Shown: piece after piece, positions 26,182-39,654 of the stretch
Layout: each line of letters begins with the position of its first letter
Position numbering within the stretch: position 1 is the stretch's first letter
From: Sphaerodactylus townsendi
Lineage: Eukaryota
Length of the DNA: 64,000 nt
NCBI RefSeq assembly: GCF_021028975.2
Contig: NC_059439.1
Coordinates: forward strand, 9,362,001-9,426,000
Direction of reading: 5' to 3'
Translations under genes and position numbers: made by a program
Notes under the pieces: model-generated
The model's database searches: none
Seen by the model: only the letters and a program-made list of their open reading frames with translations
Told to the model about the DNA's origin: nothing

Positions 26182-29100
26182 AATGAGTGCTTCACCATTC
26201 AAGAATCAAACATGGCATTATTGATGTACCCTTAGTAGGTTATTTTCATCAATATAGTCATTAAAAAAAGGATATAAAATTCTGGTTATTTGGGTTCAAA
26301 TGGACCTAATGATGGCACCCCCCCCCCAAGGCAGCAGGCAACCTTGGCAGCTGGTGGTCAGGGGGGTGGGTGGAGGCAGGCAAAATGGAGGACCAGATTG
26401 GCTAGGGACATTTCACAGGAGAAGACTCTCCTGATGAAACCAAAAACCTCAGGAAAACCCCAAAGCAAAGCAAACGCCACTTATATATAAATGCCCTAGG
26501 ACAAATTAATGTTGGCAGCCTCTAGCAATGGCTATTAGCCCATTAGCCTCCCCATTCAGTGTAGCTCTGAATATTAGTTGCAGGGAGGTGAGGCTTTGGC
26601 TGCCATGGCCTGTTTGTGGATGATCTGGATGCATTTGGATTCCACTGTTATAAACAGAATGCTGACTTTGGTGGACTCCTGTTGTGATCCAGCAGGGTTG
26701 TTTTTGGTGTTCATCTGGATATGGTTCCTTCTAGCTGCTTTGCTCCACCTCCAGCTGATCCAGATGATATAGTCATACGTGCCTGGGTGTTACAGAACAT
26801 CTCAAGAAAGCTTTGAATTCTTGCTTAGCAAGGTGCCTACTCAGCCTCCAAAGGCTTTGATGGTTTCCACCCAGGATGGATCATGCTCAGCAGAGGGTGA
26901 TTCTGTGTAATTAAGGCCAGTTAAGGAGGATGAGTTATGCGGTGCATTTGCATTTATCTATTCGTGCCTGCTTTTTTCCTCAGTTGGGTTTCAAAGTGAC
27001 TGTGAGAACATTGTTCTCCTTGCCTCCATTTTCTGACAATGACAAACCTGGGAGATAAACCTGGTGGAGAGTTTGTGATGAGTCCATCGTCATGCAGCAA
27101 ACTACTATGATAGAAGTGGGGAAGCCAGTTGCTTGTACACTCCAAGTGGAATCTGGGGTTCCAGTTTAGCCCTTAGAGGTCAGTCAATGTGTTTTCGAAA
27201 GCCACAGACTAGCAGATCCCCCCAATACACATATGCCAATTCCTGCTTTTTGTCATTCAGCTTTGTTCCTTTCAGTTTACCTGTGGCTACAACTTATAAT
27301 CAACGGAGAACATTGTGGTGTCCTCCAGATTCACTCTCTTCTTCTGACTTCAAATTGTTCTATCCTCGCTCTGTCATCTCTAGAAGAGCATTTGTGATTA
27401 TTTGGATCTATCCCTCCTATGCAGAACACTCCTTGTTATCTAAAATAGATATCCTCAACTGTATAAATGCCTCTGCCAAGGAAGATTTGGGCAAAACTTG
27501 ATACAGTTTTGCAAAGCCTGTAAAACAGAACTGTTCTGCCAGGCTCAGTAGTGTATCAGGGGGTGGAGGGGGTCATTTGATCCAGGTGCCATCTGCCTCG
27601 TCACATGGTGCCCCCCTCCAACCTGCGCCCAATCCCCCTCTGAAATCCCCACCATCCCCCTGCCAAACTCCCCCTGCTGCAAAAAAACCCCTCCCTGGGG
27701 TGCACTCCTACCCCCTTGCCTTCCAGTAAGCAGGAGATGAAGCTAGAAGAGAGGGAGGCCATGCCACTTGCTTGCTCTCTTAACCACTGGCCCTCTGTGC
27801 CTTGGCGTGAGCCACAGTACTCTGGCTGCAGCAGGCAAGGCCCGGCAGGTCCCACCCAGCCTCATCTGTTGCATTCAGAGTGCCTTTGGCTTGATCCAAG
27901 GAATGCAGGGCTGACAGGTGAGTGAGCAAGCAAGCAAGCAAGCAAGCAGCACGGCCTCCCTCCTGGCTTCCTCCCTGGCTTACTAGAAGTAAGCCAAGAG
28001 AGAAAAAGGCTGTGCCGCTTGCTTGCTTGCCCACCCTGAGTGACGGTGTGGCAGGGAAGTTTGGTGGGAGGCAAAGGGGGGAGTTCATCTGGGGGCTGGG
28101 CCACTAGTGAGGCTTATATTTGAGGACAGCAATGGCATCCATTCTAGCTGAGGCCCCTTTCCTTTCCCTTCCCTTCCTGTCTTTTTCCTCTTTCATTTTT
28201 CCCTAATATATGTACAAATGTTGATTTTGAGGGGTGTAGTTCAGATCCATTATACATCTGCTGTGCAGAATTGACCTCTCTCTTTTTTTCTTCAGGATCC
28301 TGAGCCCTGCTGTAGATTAGAAATATAACATCGGCCATGTGTATTGTGCAGTGACAAAGGGAGGAGGAACTGCGCCCGGGGCATGAGCTGCCCATGTGCC
28401 CCCTCCTGCCCCAACCCCAACCCCTCCCACCCCAAAATGCCCCGCCCTGACACTCCCCGCCCCGCTTGACACATGATGGCAATGGCAGCACCCAGGACAA
28501 GCCGCCCCAGATGTCCCCATTGCTATTACGTGTCTGGTATTGTGGACTCACTATCGCTGCAGGAATTTCTGCTTTCTTGTAAGTTTGTTTAAAGAAGCTC
28601 TCTTAACCACTTAACAAAAAGGCTTCCTCTGGCAAAGATGTTCAGAGCAAAATGAATGTCAAGCTTTTTTGAGCCATCTTAAGGGATAGAAATGTATGTT
28701 CCTAAGGAGATTATCATATCTCTGTTGAATGCCATGGTGCCTTCCCTCCTTATGTGTGGATGCACAGAATACAAAGTGTTGTTCTTGTAGGGCTTCATGT
28801 GATTCTTCTCACAGTTCTGGCCTCCTGCCATTACAACTAATTCCTGTATTTATAGTGTAGATTAATTCTCTAACTGACCACTGACATGATTATCTTAAAA
28901 GAGCTTTCCAGCTATGGGATTCTACAACACCTTGGTGGAGTACCAGTGGGAGTGTCAGTCTCCAGCTGTGGAAGAACAACAACAATAGGTGTTCAATAAG
29001 TGACTGAGTTCAAACAACACCCTGCAAACTGCCTATTATATTAATTATAGTTAAATACAAATTGCTAGTTAATACTGTCTTACCTTTACGTAACTTGCTA

Positions 29101-31686
29101 TGGCAAGGCCTCATCTGCATATTCATGACCAACCTCTTTCAGGCCAGTATAAAAACTGAATCCATCCTGCATACAAAAGAGAGCTTTAGGAGAGGCCAAT
29201 CAGCTTCAAAAATTCAGACCGTACACCAGAGGCTTTTGCTTTCCTCGACTTTTTTTGGATCTCTTTTCTAATAGCATGGGAAGGATCTGTTGCAAACTAA
29301 CTACCTTTTGGTTGGCAATCAACTTCGGGCCAGGTGTAGGTGTTGTAGCTTTGTGTATGTGTCTTAAATGCTGAAGAACTGAGACTGAAGAGGTTACAGA
29401 CTTTTGATTCCAACAGTGGGCGAGGCCAAGAGCTAGAGCCGGAAAAGTGAGTCAGGGATGGCACTAGGACCAAACCCAAGAGCTCAGGGTGAAATTTGGC
29501 ATAGCATATGGGAAGCTAGGATGGAATTTGGTGGGTCAGATTAAGGAACCCAGTAGTGGCTAGAGTACTGAACCTGAGAGATCCAGGTTCATATCCTTGC
29601 TTCTCATAGAACTCAAGTAGCCTTTTCTCAGCTTGTCCTGCAGGGTTGATGATAAAATGGAGGAGGGAAGAAAAGCATGCATGCTTCTCTGAGCTCCTTG
29701 GAGGAACGGCGAGATAAAAATAAACAAATAAAGCACCACAGACCTAGTGGTTTATGGGTGAAGCTTTGCATCATCTTCAGGCTCATACCACTGGTTTCCT
29801 GACAGAACATGAATTGATGACCTGACCAGTAAAGTACTGGATATGACAATTGGCAACCATTGGTGGATTCCACACAGCATAAATATAACATCCTGAAGCA
29901 GTTATAAAAGTGTTTTTGCGAAGAACTTCGCACAGCTCTCTTCCCCAAAATGACTTCAGCCCAATTTATTTCTCAGCTCAAGTTTTTCAAAAATCACTAA
30001 AGTAGTGATCTCCCCCACAAAAAACCTGAGCTGAAGGTGTCTCCTGCCTGCTGAGTGAACAAAAGCAGGCAGAAAATGCTTTGTTTTCCCCTCCCAAACA
30101 TCTTACTTTCATTTTGCTACTCACACCTACCATTCCTCTGCTTGCAGCTCATCTGCACATGATTTCACTGTAAAAAGATGTATAAAGTTTGTTTTGCCTA
30201 GCAATCTCACACACATGTCATTTTTCTTTTTTGTTTTGAGGGGGTGTCTACAAAGCTACAGCGACATGATTTGTGCATATTTGTGTAACCTTAGCTTCAC
30301 AGACATCCCCTTCAAAATAGTGAAATCACATATGGATAAGCTGCAAGCTGAGGAAACCTCTGTGGAAAACCTTCACCAAACGGCAGAGACACAACAGAGA
30401 ATCTCTGCAGCAGCACACAAAATGGTAGGTGCAACTGTGAAACTGACAAGAGCTCCATGCAGCAGGAGGGGGTGGGGAGATCCATTTTAGCTAGCAACGC
30501 TTGTTTTCTCCCATACTGCGGGAACACAAAATGCCAAAATGGATCTTTTAAAACCATCTGCAGGATGTTATATTTCCATTGTGTGGAATTCCCAGTTTCT
30601 TACCAGTACAGTGTTTGTTGTGGTGCTTGAAGCAGAAGATAGAAAATATCACTTTCCTATTCATACTCTATTTATGCTAGTACTGGCTTACCCATATCTC
30701 TGATCAGCTGGCCCTGGGATCACTGTCTCAGCTCAAAACAATCATGGGAAAATAAGGTCACAAGATTTTGTCAGTCTTTCCCAAATGAAGTCAACGACAA
30801 CCGGTAACTGATTTTCATCAGTGAATTGTGATTTGTTTACTCCACATAAGTCTGCCCCTGCCCCTGGAAGTTTGCAGTACAATAATTACTGGTAATGTTT
30901 TCCTGCATAAATGTAATTGACATGTTTTAACTACAGAATCTTTTCCAGTCAGATCTGCTCTCTCGTTACCTGCCAAGCTTTGCCACAGCTGCCAATGCTC
31001 CTATTTCACCACCACCTCTAAGGTTTCTGGACCTCCTCAGCTAGGTCTCTGCCCACATGGGGTGCCATCGGATAGACCTGCAGGATCAGGATCCATGGTG
31101 TTTTTTTAATGAGAAAGTCCCAGGTAAAGAAATGGCAGCAGTATCCCTGTGTCTTCCACAGGGATGGCATCATGCCCACTTGAACCCTAACACTGAACAT
31201 AACGAGTGTCCAAAATGTGGAAGCAAATATACATGAATGCTCAGTGCTGGCTTAATTGATGGGGTGAAGATGAATGATGAGTGGAGAATGGGATATCTGT
31301 GCTCAGCTAGAGCAAGAGAGTAGAGCAAGAGAGACAACAGTAGAGCAAGAGAGACAACATCCTCATCCCATCATTCTGAAAAGTCATTAGATTCATGACT
31401 GCCTTCCTCTCCCAAGACTGGACCATCTATAAATGAACCCACATAATCCAGAGCTCAGTGGGTCCAAACAGTGGATAAAATCATCCCAGCAAGTTGCCTG
31501 TAGATCAGAGAGCTTCCAGTGACTCAGAGGGCAGCACTGCAAGTTACAAGGTTTCTTCTGTGGCTTGCCTCACAAAAAGTGGGCTAGCAGGTTCTGAGCC
31601 TTCTTCATACTTGTTGAGTCTTCCTTGAAAACCCATCTCTGCTCATCTCTTGCCTTGAAAACTCATGAAGGGTCACCATACGTCAG

Positions 31687-31887
31687 NNNNNNNNNNNNNN
31701 NNNNNNNNNNNNNNNNNNNNNNNNNNNNNNNNNNNNNNNNNNNNNNNNNNNNNNNNNNNNNNNNNNNNNNNNNNNNNNNNNNNNNNNNNNNNNNNNNNNN
31801 NNNNNNNNNNNNNNNNNNNNNNNNNNNNNNNNNNNNNNNNNNNNNNNNNNNNNNNNNNNNNNNNNNNNNNNNNNNNNNNNNNNNNNN
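31687..31887. other. Assembly gap (N run)
   Basis: 201 N. Confidence 1.
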
Positions 31888-32024
31888 GTGTACAATCAGT
31901 GGGTAAAGGAATAATTAACCGCCACATCTCCTTAACAATGTATTTCCATTCTGTTGAATTCATACAATCCAAGGAGTTCAGATTATTATTTTATTTGTTT
32001 GTTTTATTAGACTTGTTATTAGGC

Positions 32025-32590
32025 TTAGTCAATACCCTAGAAATACGGTAAATTTCAGATTTATTTGGGCATAAAATAATCTGTGTTGCTGAATAAGACA
32101 AATAACACATTCGGATAAATCCAAATATTCGAGTATACCAGAAAAATTTGGGTCCGTCTGATTTTTTTGGGTATTTTTTGGTGTTGTTTTGCATTTCAGC
32201 CTGCAGGGTGTATTTTTACAGCTAGCAGCACCAAAATTTCAGTGTATCATCCAGAGATTGTCCTGATGATACCACCTGAGTTTGGTGAGGTTTGGTTCAG
32301 GGGGTCCAAAGTTATGGACCCTCAATGGGGGATAAGGCACCCCTTCACCAATCCTGGGTGACGCCATCAGGACGGTCTCCAGATGATACCCTGAAATTTT
32401 GGTGATGCTAGCTTTAAAAAGTCACCCCCTGCAAGCCAAAATGTGAAAAACACCAAAAAAATCCCCCCCCCCCCCCGATTAGTTCATATTCAGGCAGGAC
32501 ATATTGGGCCGATTTTAGCCCGAATATGCCTGAATGCACCCAGATTCAGGCTGAATTCAGGTTTGGGTGCACCCAAATCTCCAACCCTAC
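32025..32590. mobile_element. Unclassified DNA-transposon-like repeat (inverted copy at about 48810-49555)
   Basis: Blocks GATTTATTTGGGCA, GGGGTCCAAAGTTATGGACC and CCCGAATAT recur as reverse complements at 48810-49555. Confidence 0.6.
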
Positions 32591-32759
32591 GTCCTGGCCA
32601 AAGCCTGGGAACCAGAGGAGGCAGGGTGGCCCGTGGTGACCCCATGATTTACTTCCAGGGAAGCTCACATGCAAATTAATAAAATACAGATTCTGGTCCA
32701 ATCTAAATTTTTCCGTAAAATTATGGGCCTTTGTTTAGAACTTTGCTTAGAACTAGGCC

Positions 32760-33454
32760 CTTTGCTTAGAACTGGGTCAAAATTCATTAGTTTATAGGGT
32801 CTGGTCGAGAGCCTTTAAATTCTGGCTTCGCCTACATTTTTCACACAATGAGCGCACATTGGTTCACTTATCTGACATCCAGGCTAACCCATGGTTTTCT
32901 CTAATAGAGAGAAAGATTGAATCACTTGGCATACCTCTCGACTCTCTTTCCCTTTTATCCAGTTTAGAATCCTATAATTTATTAAGACAAAAGTTTTTGG
33001 AAAGAGAATGGATCAATTTAACCAGGGCTGCTAGGAAAACATGTTCACCCCTACATCTCTCAATTCCCTTACACCAAAATAGGATGGCTCCCTACCTGTA
33101 TCTTTTAACTAATCTTAATCAGAGAAGAGCCTTTACACTTGCTCGTTTTACCGTCTTCCCCTCTGCTTTATTGCGTGGTAGATTCAACAACTTAGAAATG
33201 AGTAAAAGGGTGTTCTCTTGTAACGAACAACAAATTGAAACATTGATACATCAATTGTTCTGCTGCCCTAAGTCCACAAATATTAGATTAAAATATTCTA
33301 ATATGTTTTCTCTGATTCCTGATTAAATGGATGTTCCATGCAGACTCCTTTTTTTACTGGATAATTCTGATCTCACAACTTGTGAAATGGTAGCAAATTT
33401 TTTATTGGAAGTGATGTATATCCAGTAGCCTACACCTACTGCTTTTATTATAAA
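32760..33454 (+). mobile_element. LINE 3' fragment (RTE-X-like C-terminal Cys/His region); 3' end resumes at 35413-35475 after the Helitron
   Basis: ORF 32859-33326 RRAFTLARF...GRF...RVFSC...ETLIHQLFCCP resembles the non-LTR C-terminal CCHC region; AATAAA and an A-rich tail follow at about 35455. Clade assignment is tentative. Confidence 0.65.
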
Positions 33455-34243
33455 CTAGCGTGGCCCGGCCATGCGTTGCTGTGGCTTATTGTGGTGAAAT
33501 GGGAAAGGAACAGTAGCAGCAAATCAATTGCAGAGGCCAGCAGTACATGCTCATGCAAACATGCAGCCTGATACTGTGCGATGTCAGTGATGTGTGTGCC
33601 CGCATTCCTTGGGGGGGGGGGGAATGGAAAGGCACCCCTCCCACACATCTAGGCTGGCTGGTCATGATCCTTTACCTGGGAGTAAGTTTGGTTGGTGGCA
33701 ATGGGTGTCGCTTCTGAGGAAACCCTCTGACGGGTGCGACGCAGCCATTCAAAGTATGCTGTACTGAGCTTACTCCTGAGTAATGCGTGCCTGGTTTTCT
33801 TAACTGTAATTGCAATATTCAGGGAATCTAGGGTGCCTGGCCCCTCCCTCCTGTCCCTTGCAAGTCGCCCCTCACTCTCTTCCCTCCCTCCCTTCTCTTC
33901 TCTTTTGCATGCCACCCCTCCCCCTCCCTCCCTTCCCTTTCCCTCTGCTAGGGTGGGTGGGTCATATCAAGATGCTGGGCCCCCTGCCTCCCCTCCCTTG
34001 CATGCAACCCCTCACTGTCTCCCCTCCCTCACTTCTCTTCCCTTGCATGCCACCCCTCCCCTCCCTCCTTCCCTTTTCCCTCCGGCCTAGGTGTGGGTGG
34101 GTCATATCAAGATGCTGGGCCCCTGCCTCCCTCCCTTGCATGCCACCCCTCACTCTCTTCCCTCCCCTCCACTTCTCTTCCCTTGCATAGCCTCCCCCCA
34201 CCACTCCTTTCCTCTCCCTCCCTCTCTTCCCTTGCATGCCACC

Positions 34244-34663
34244 CAGTGGTGGGATCCAAAACTTTTAGCAACAGGTTTCCCCATGGTGGCGGGGATTCAA
34301 ACTGTGCGTAGCGCCTAATGGGGCTGAAGCGGGGCACGATGGGAGCGTGACCTGACCATTCCAGGGCGGGCATTACTGGGCGGGGCTGTGGCAAGCACGC
34401 AGCCGCTGTGCCGATCCTTGGGTGGGAAACTTGAATGCACGCAGGCGCAGGCTGCCACGCACCAGCTGGTGCACCTCCTGCTAGACTGCTTCAAGTTCTC
34501 GCGGCTGGGCTACTTCTCTGGAGAGGAGAAGGGGCGTAACTCAAGGCAAAAATCACGTGACAAAATGCGCCACTCATTAGTAACCCCGTGCCTGCGGCAC
34601 ACACAAATAATTAGTAACCTACTCTCGAGAACCTGTGAGAAACTGCTGGATCCCCATCTCCTG
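34244..34663. mobile_element. hAT MITE nested in the Helitron
   Basis: TIRs CAGTGGTGGGATCCA / TGGATCCCCATCTCCTG; 8-bp TSD ATGCCACC/ATGCCAGC. Confidence 0.75.
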
Positions 34664-34686
34664 ATGCCAGCTACCCTCCCTCCTTT

Positions 34687-34985
34687 CAGTGGCAGTGGAG
34701 GTTAAGAGCTTCGTGTATCTTAATCTGAAGGAACTGGGTTTGATTCTCCCGTTCTGCCAGGCTCTCGAGCTGTGGGAGGCTTATCACAGGGAATTCAAGA
34801 GTAGCCTGTACACCTCCCCACACATGCCAGCTGGGTGACCTTGGGCTAGTCACAGCTTCTCGGAGCCTCTCTCTAGTCTCCACCCCTACCTCACAGGGTG
34901 TTTGTTGTGAGGGGGGGGAAGGGCAAGGAGATTGTCAGCCCTTTGAGGTTTCCTACAGGAGAGAAAGGGGGGATGTAAATCCAAC
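34687..34985 (+). mobile_element. Squam3-like SINE nested in the Helitron
   Basis: CAGTGGCAGTGGAGGTTAAGAGC head; CTGGGTGACCTTGGGCTAGTCAC core; GATGTAAATCCAA end followed by a CT-rich tail. Confidence 0.82.
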
Positions 34986-37859
34986 CTCCTCCCTCCTCCT
35001 CTTCCTCTCCCTCCTCGGTCATTCCCTCCTCTTCCTCTCCCTCCTCCTCTCCCTCCTCTCGATGGTGTGTGTGTGTGATGTGTTTCACTTCCACTTTCGA
35101 AGCTACTGGGGCTCCTATGGTGCTGTTTCCCCACCTCGCCTCATCTTTTGGCCATCTGAGTGAACATTCTAAGGGCACAAACATTCTAAGGGTGACAGTT
35201 ACACACAGGCCCCTCCCTGTCCTTCACCAGGGAGCGCCAGGGAAAAAGGCGTTTTTACCTGGGCCAGGTATGAAATTTCAGGTATGTGAACATCTGAAAA
35301 CACTCTCGCCTGACTGACTATAGTGGCTGGGAATTTTCAGAGGAATTGGCCCAGCAGTTACTGAGGTACCCTGTCATCAACACATACACGGTTAGCTTTT
35401 TATATATATAGATTCTGTATTTTGATAGGATTTTATTTTATTTGTTTTATGCCAAATAAAGGCTAAAGAAAGAAGGAAAATACAGATTCTTTATCAACTA
35501 TAAGAATCATCAATGCTGAAACATTAAAACCACAATATCAGTACACTATAGATCCTAAAGATGGCGGTAACAATTAAATACTTCAGTGAATATTGTCTTG
35601 GGAACTCTTGTTTGCCGAGGCCCCCTGTTGTGCTGCCCTCAAGATTCACAGAAAATGAGGTTTGTAAATCTGAGGGAGAATAACCACAGGTGGACAGCTC
35701 TGGGAAAGAGGTTTTCAAAAAGGCCTTTCGGTTATGAAGTGAAGCCAATTTCTGAGTCATCCATGAGGCAGCGGCTAATGATGACTCTGAAGAGAGATAA
35801 AGGAGGAGGCCAGGCAAGGATTCAGCAGACAGAAGGGTGTGTCATTAGCCTGAATCAGATAAGAGTAATTGCAATGTGTTGTGCACTCATTGCTGGTCCC
35901 TTCCCCACATCCCGTTTTAATTTTTTTCTTTTAGCAATCTGTAGCATTCTCTGAGACCAATGAGATCCTGTTGTGGTTGTAAGTCAGTCTAATTTTTCCT
36001 CCTGTCTGTCCTAAATCCAAGCAGAGGGTGCGTTTGAAGGGAAGAAATTGAGTGGGTGATCTGGGCCACTTTCTCTGTGATGCCCTGATATCTGAAATCA
36101 AATTCCTAAGGAGGAGCCGAGGCACCACCCACAAGGGAAGAACACAGCTGGAAATATATTATTTAGAGTAACGTTATTGCAAAAGCTTCCTCCTGTGGCC
36201 AGTCAGAATAAATTTTAATTGAGTTTGTTGAATGAATGAGCTCAACATTCTCTGACAGACACTGGGAACAGGCTCTGCACTCTTGGGTTCTTCGGGAAAC
36301 AGCCCCAAGCAAAATTGAGGAATCACACTGTCATGACAAGAGCTTAGAAAGATCAGATACTGAAAAGAACTAGAACCAGTTTCTGCAACATGTTTATTTA
36401 AACCAGGGTTGCAACATGTTTATTTAAACATTATAGAGGTCAGCAAGGCGGGATTTAAATTTTGTAAATAAAACAAATTTTTTAAACGTCTTGAGCCTAG
36501 AGGCCCAAACTGCAACCATTCCAATGTCCCTCTTATATCATCTGCTCCTGGTTCTTCCTCTCACACTGGAATTGCCTGGCAACCAGCAAGACACTGTGAG
36601 CGGTGTGGGCTTTGGTGGCACCACAGTCCCTTCTGCACAGGAAATACAAGGGGATTAAATGAACCCGTGTTGCCTGTCATGCAGTTTGCCTAGCTGGTGC
36701 AGGGACTGTTCGGAATCCCTGGAAACCTGGTGACAGGATGCAGAATGTTTTGCACAGAAAACACTTTGTTTCCCTATATGCATCCAAGAATCCTTCTACC
36801 TGAGAATCCTCCACACACATGTACCAGCACAAAGGCCTGCACATATACCTGCATGGGCCAATAAAAGTGAGGGAAAGGCAGGTTACATGAACTCATCCTT
36901 GCCCAAGGCCCTTTGCATGGCTGGACTGACCCCCCCGAACCATGATGCGGCCTATTTCCCTTGTGTGGCTCTGCAGATGGGAGCCAGGGAAGAGTTTTCT
37001 GAGAATCGCATTACGTGTGATTCTCTTGTTCAAACGTGCCTTGCAGCTGTGGTCGTTCACTCAGTCATGGTTGTGAGCTGCTTTAAAACAAAAGAATCAC
37101 ACATAACACAATTCTTGAGAAACCCAGGGTTTTTTTGGGGGGTGGGGGATGTGGGATGGCTCTGCATTAAGATCGGGATCCATGCGAAGTTCCCCCCAAC
37201 CATGGTTTTTAACCGGTGTTATTCTGGTTTAGTTGGTCCTTGGGGAAAGGCCAAAATTGCGGCAGTTTAGAGAACACCCTACAGAACCCACCTTAATAGT
37301 GCCTACAGAACCCACCATAATAGTGGACAGAAGGGAGGTTTTTTATCAGTGAACTGGATTTGTTTTCCCATTCCTGCTGGGTAACCTTGAGCTGATCACA
37401 GTTCTCTGTGAACTCTCTCAGCCCCACCTACCTCACAAAGCATCTGTTGTGGGGAGAGGAAGTTTGTAAGCTGTTTTTAGACTACTTACAGGAGGGAAAA
37501 GCCAGGTATAAATCCAAACTCTTCTTCTTTTTTAGCTATTATTTATTGTATTTCAATTGCTTTATACTTGTTGTAAATGTCCCCAAGACCTTTGGCTAGG
37601 GGTGATATGGAAATGAAATAAATAAGTAAAAGGATAAAACAAACAAAATGAAACAGCTTCTCTAACCGATAACAAAAGATACTCCTCTCCCTTGCCAGTC
37701 TCTTCTGCCAAACAAGCCAAAAACAACAGCTGGTGGGAGGAAACACATTCACAGCACACTTGTTATCTTCCTTCATGGGAATTCTCCCTCCCCTGAAGGA
37801 AAAATCAAAAGTGAGAGAAAAGAATTAAAACTAAATAACAGCAAAAGCATGCCTCCGAC

Positions 37860-38270
37860 AAACACCCAGACTGGCCAACCCACCTAATCCCTTATGAACC
37901 TGCCTGAAGATTATGGTCACCTTTGGAGTCCCTGTTTTGGGTGTCCCTGCCTTTTGAGATTCGGTGGATGGCAACCTGTGAGACGGTCTTCTCGGTCATG
38001 GCACCAGGCTCTGGAACTCTCTCCCCAGGGAGATTCATCTGTCCCTTTCTGCTGCAGTCTTCCTCCAGCTGGTGAAGACTTTCTTGTCTCATTTGGCATT
38101 AATGAGACCCATTTCCTTACTAATGTTTCTGTGTTTTTGGATGTATTTTAATTTTGATTTTAGTGGTTTTATAATGCAGTTTTATCAAGTCTGTTTTAAA
38201 TTGTTAGCTGCCCTGATGGTCCTCCTAAGGACAGAAAGGCAAGAAATAAATTCTGTAAATAAAAAAAATA
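37860..38270 (+). mobile_element. L2 LINE 3' end fragment
   Basis: GCACCAGGCTCTGGAACTCTCTCCCCAGGGAGATT L2-like 3' motif and an A-rich tail. Confidence 0.6.
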
Positions 38271-38334
38271 TTTTTAAATCTTAAAAATGTTTCTGAAACA
38301 CTCAGATTTTTAATTGCTTCATGCAGAGGGAAGT

Positions 38335-38340
38335 TTTATT
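38335..38340 (-). terminator. Probable polyadenylation signal of keratin B
   Basis: AATAAA on the minus strand about 400 nt after the predicted stop, just before an L2 fragment. Confidence 0.5.
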
Positions 38341-38738
38341 AGAGATGAAAGCACAGTAGAAAGATTAGGTGGAGCACAGAGAACTAACGGCAGATAACAT
38401 CAGAGGCAGGAAGACGATTCACCTGTTTACCTTCCAAATGCACATCTCAAAGTTGATCAAAAGAGTTACTTTTTAATACATTTCACTTTTGCTCTTTACT
38501 CCACACTTTCACAATGTCTGAAATAAGCTAACCTAATTCTTTTTCACAAATGTTAGGGGTATACATGTTGGATTTATCCCTTTAAAAAGATGGGAAAAGC
38601 TCTATTTGTGAACTGCAGGCTGGGTGGGTGGGTGGGCGGAGTGTTTCTTCTTGCTCTCTGTGTAGTGGAAAATCTTCTATCAGCTATAGTTTTTACTCAG
38701 CAGGAATTACTGGGAGAGGTGGCATTTGCAGAGACTTT

Positions 38739-38755
38739 CTACTTTTTTGAAGGCC
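38739..38755 (-). CDS. Keratin B probable exon 8 coding part ((G)PSKK-stop)
   Basis: Strong polypyrimidine acceptor TTTTTTCCTCTTTCTTAACAG|GG CCT TCA AAA AAG TAG; phase 1 matches exon 7. Summed CDS is 1500 nt (499 aa plus stop). Confidence 0.6.
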
Positions 38756-39654
38756 CTGTTAAGAAAGAGGAAAAAACAATTCTGCATGAATGGCAATTCT
38801 GTAAAATTACTGTTGCTGCTTTCATGCAATGCCAAAGTCACAAATACAGATATCAGATAACTTGAGGGGCGGATTAAAAAAAATTACATGATGTTGAAAA
38901 TCTTACAATCCTTCACACCTTTAAAAGTAAATGATCAGCCAATAAACCTTTTTGATGTTCAGTTTGAAAGGAATCTCCACACACTTATTTCAAACAGAAA
39001 TCGTCGATGGTTGCATTGGTTCACAGGAAAGTCCCCAAATGAAAGGTTTTTAATGTTATTATTAGACCAACCAAAATATCAAAGTGTGCAGGTTCTTCAG
39101 AACATTACGGTCAAGTGTTTTAAAAAAACAAAGTGGAAGGGAGATGCATCAAGGCAAGATAGCAGCTGAATTCCCTGGCAAACTTGTCACATTTGCTACT
39201 TTTTAGCATTTATGATGTCTTATTTCAGCTGTGCGGAATGGACCCTTAACTAATAAAAAATACTTTCACCTTATTTTGCACCATCAGGTTTGCCCTTGTT
39301 TTTTTTTAAAATCTCCCAATCTAAAGTATGAAAAAAAACCACTCACACACCTGGCATATTTGCCTTTATTTGCTAACATTATCCAAATTTGGTAACATTT
39401 ATTTAAATCTTAATCAGAAAAAATTCCAATTCAAAATTTCCTAAGAAAACACACATAATTGCTTGTGGCCCTTATGGGAACCGTCTGATTAACTGTGCAA
39501 TTGCCTTTTATCTTATACTATCAGGGAAGGAGTGACAACACAGAGGATGAGGGCTACATATCAGGGCTATGTGCCTTATCATTCTGTGATCTCATTCCTC
39601 AAATTCTGGAATTGGTACTGGGTGCAGGATTCAGCAGCTGTAAAAATGTACGTG

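Larger units (their letters stand above)
33455..35412 (-). mobile_element. Non-autonomous Helitron
   Basis: Minus strand begins TCTATATATATAAAAAGC and ends with hairpin GCCACAGCAACGCATGGC followed by CTAG; inserted between host A (33454) and T (35413) with no TSD. Confidence 0.85.

Noticed and set aside
2600-38300. A third keratin gene or pseudogene between A and B
   Set aside because: No LNDRLA, DDF or LE.EI..Y motifs or matching exon sizes were seen by eye; the small N-gaps could not hold a gene. A tBLASTn search would settle it.
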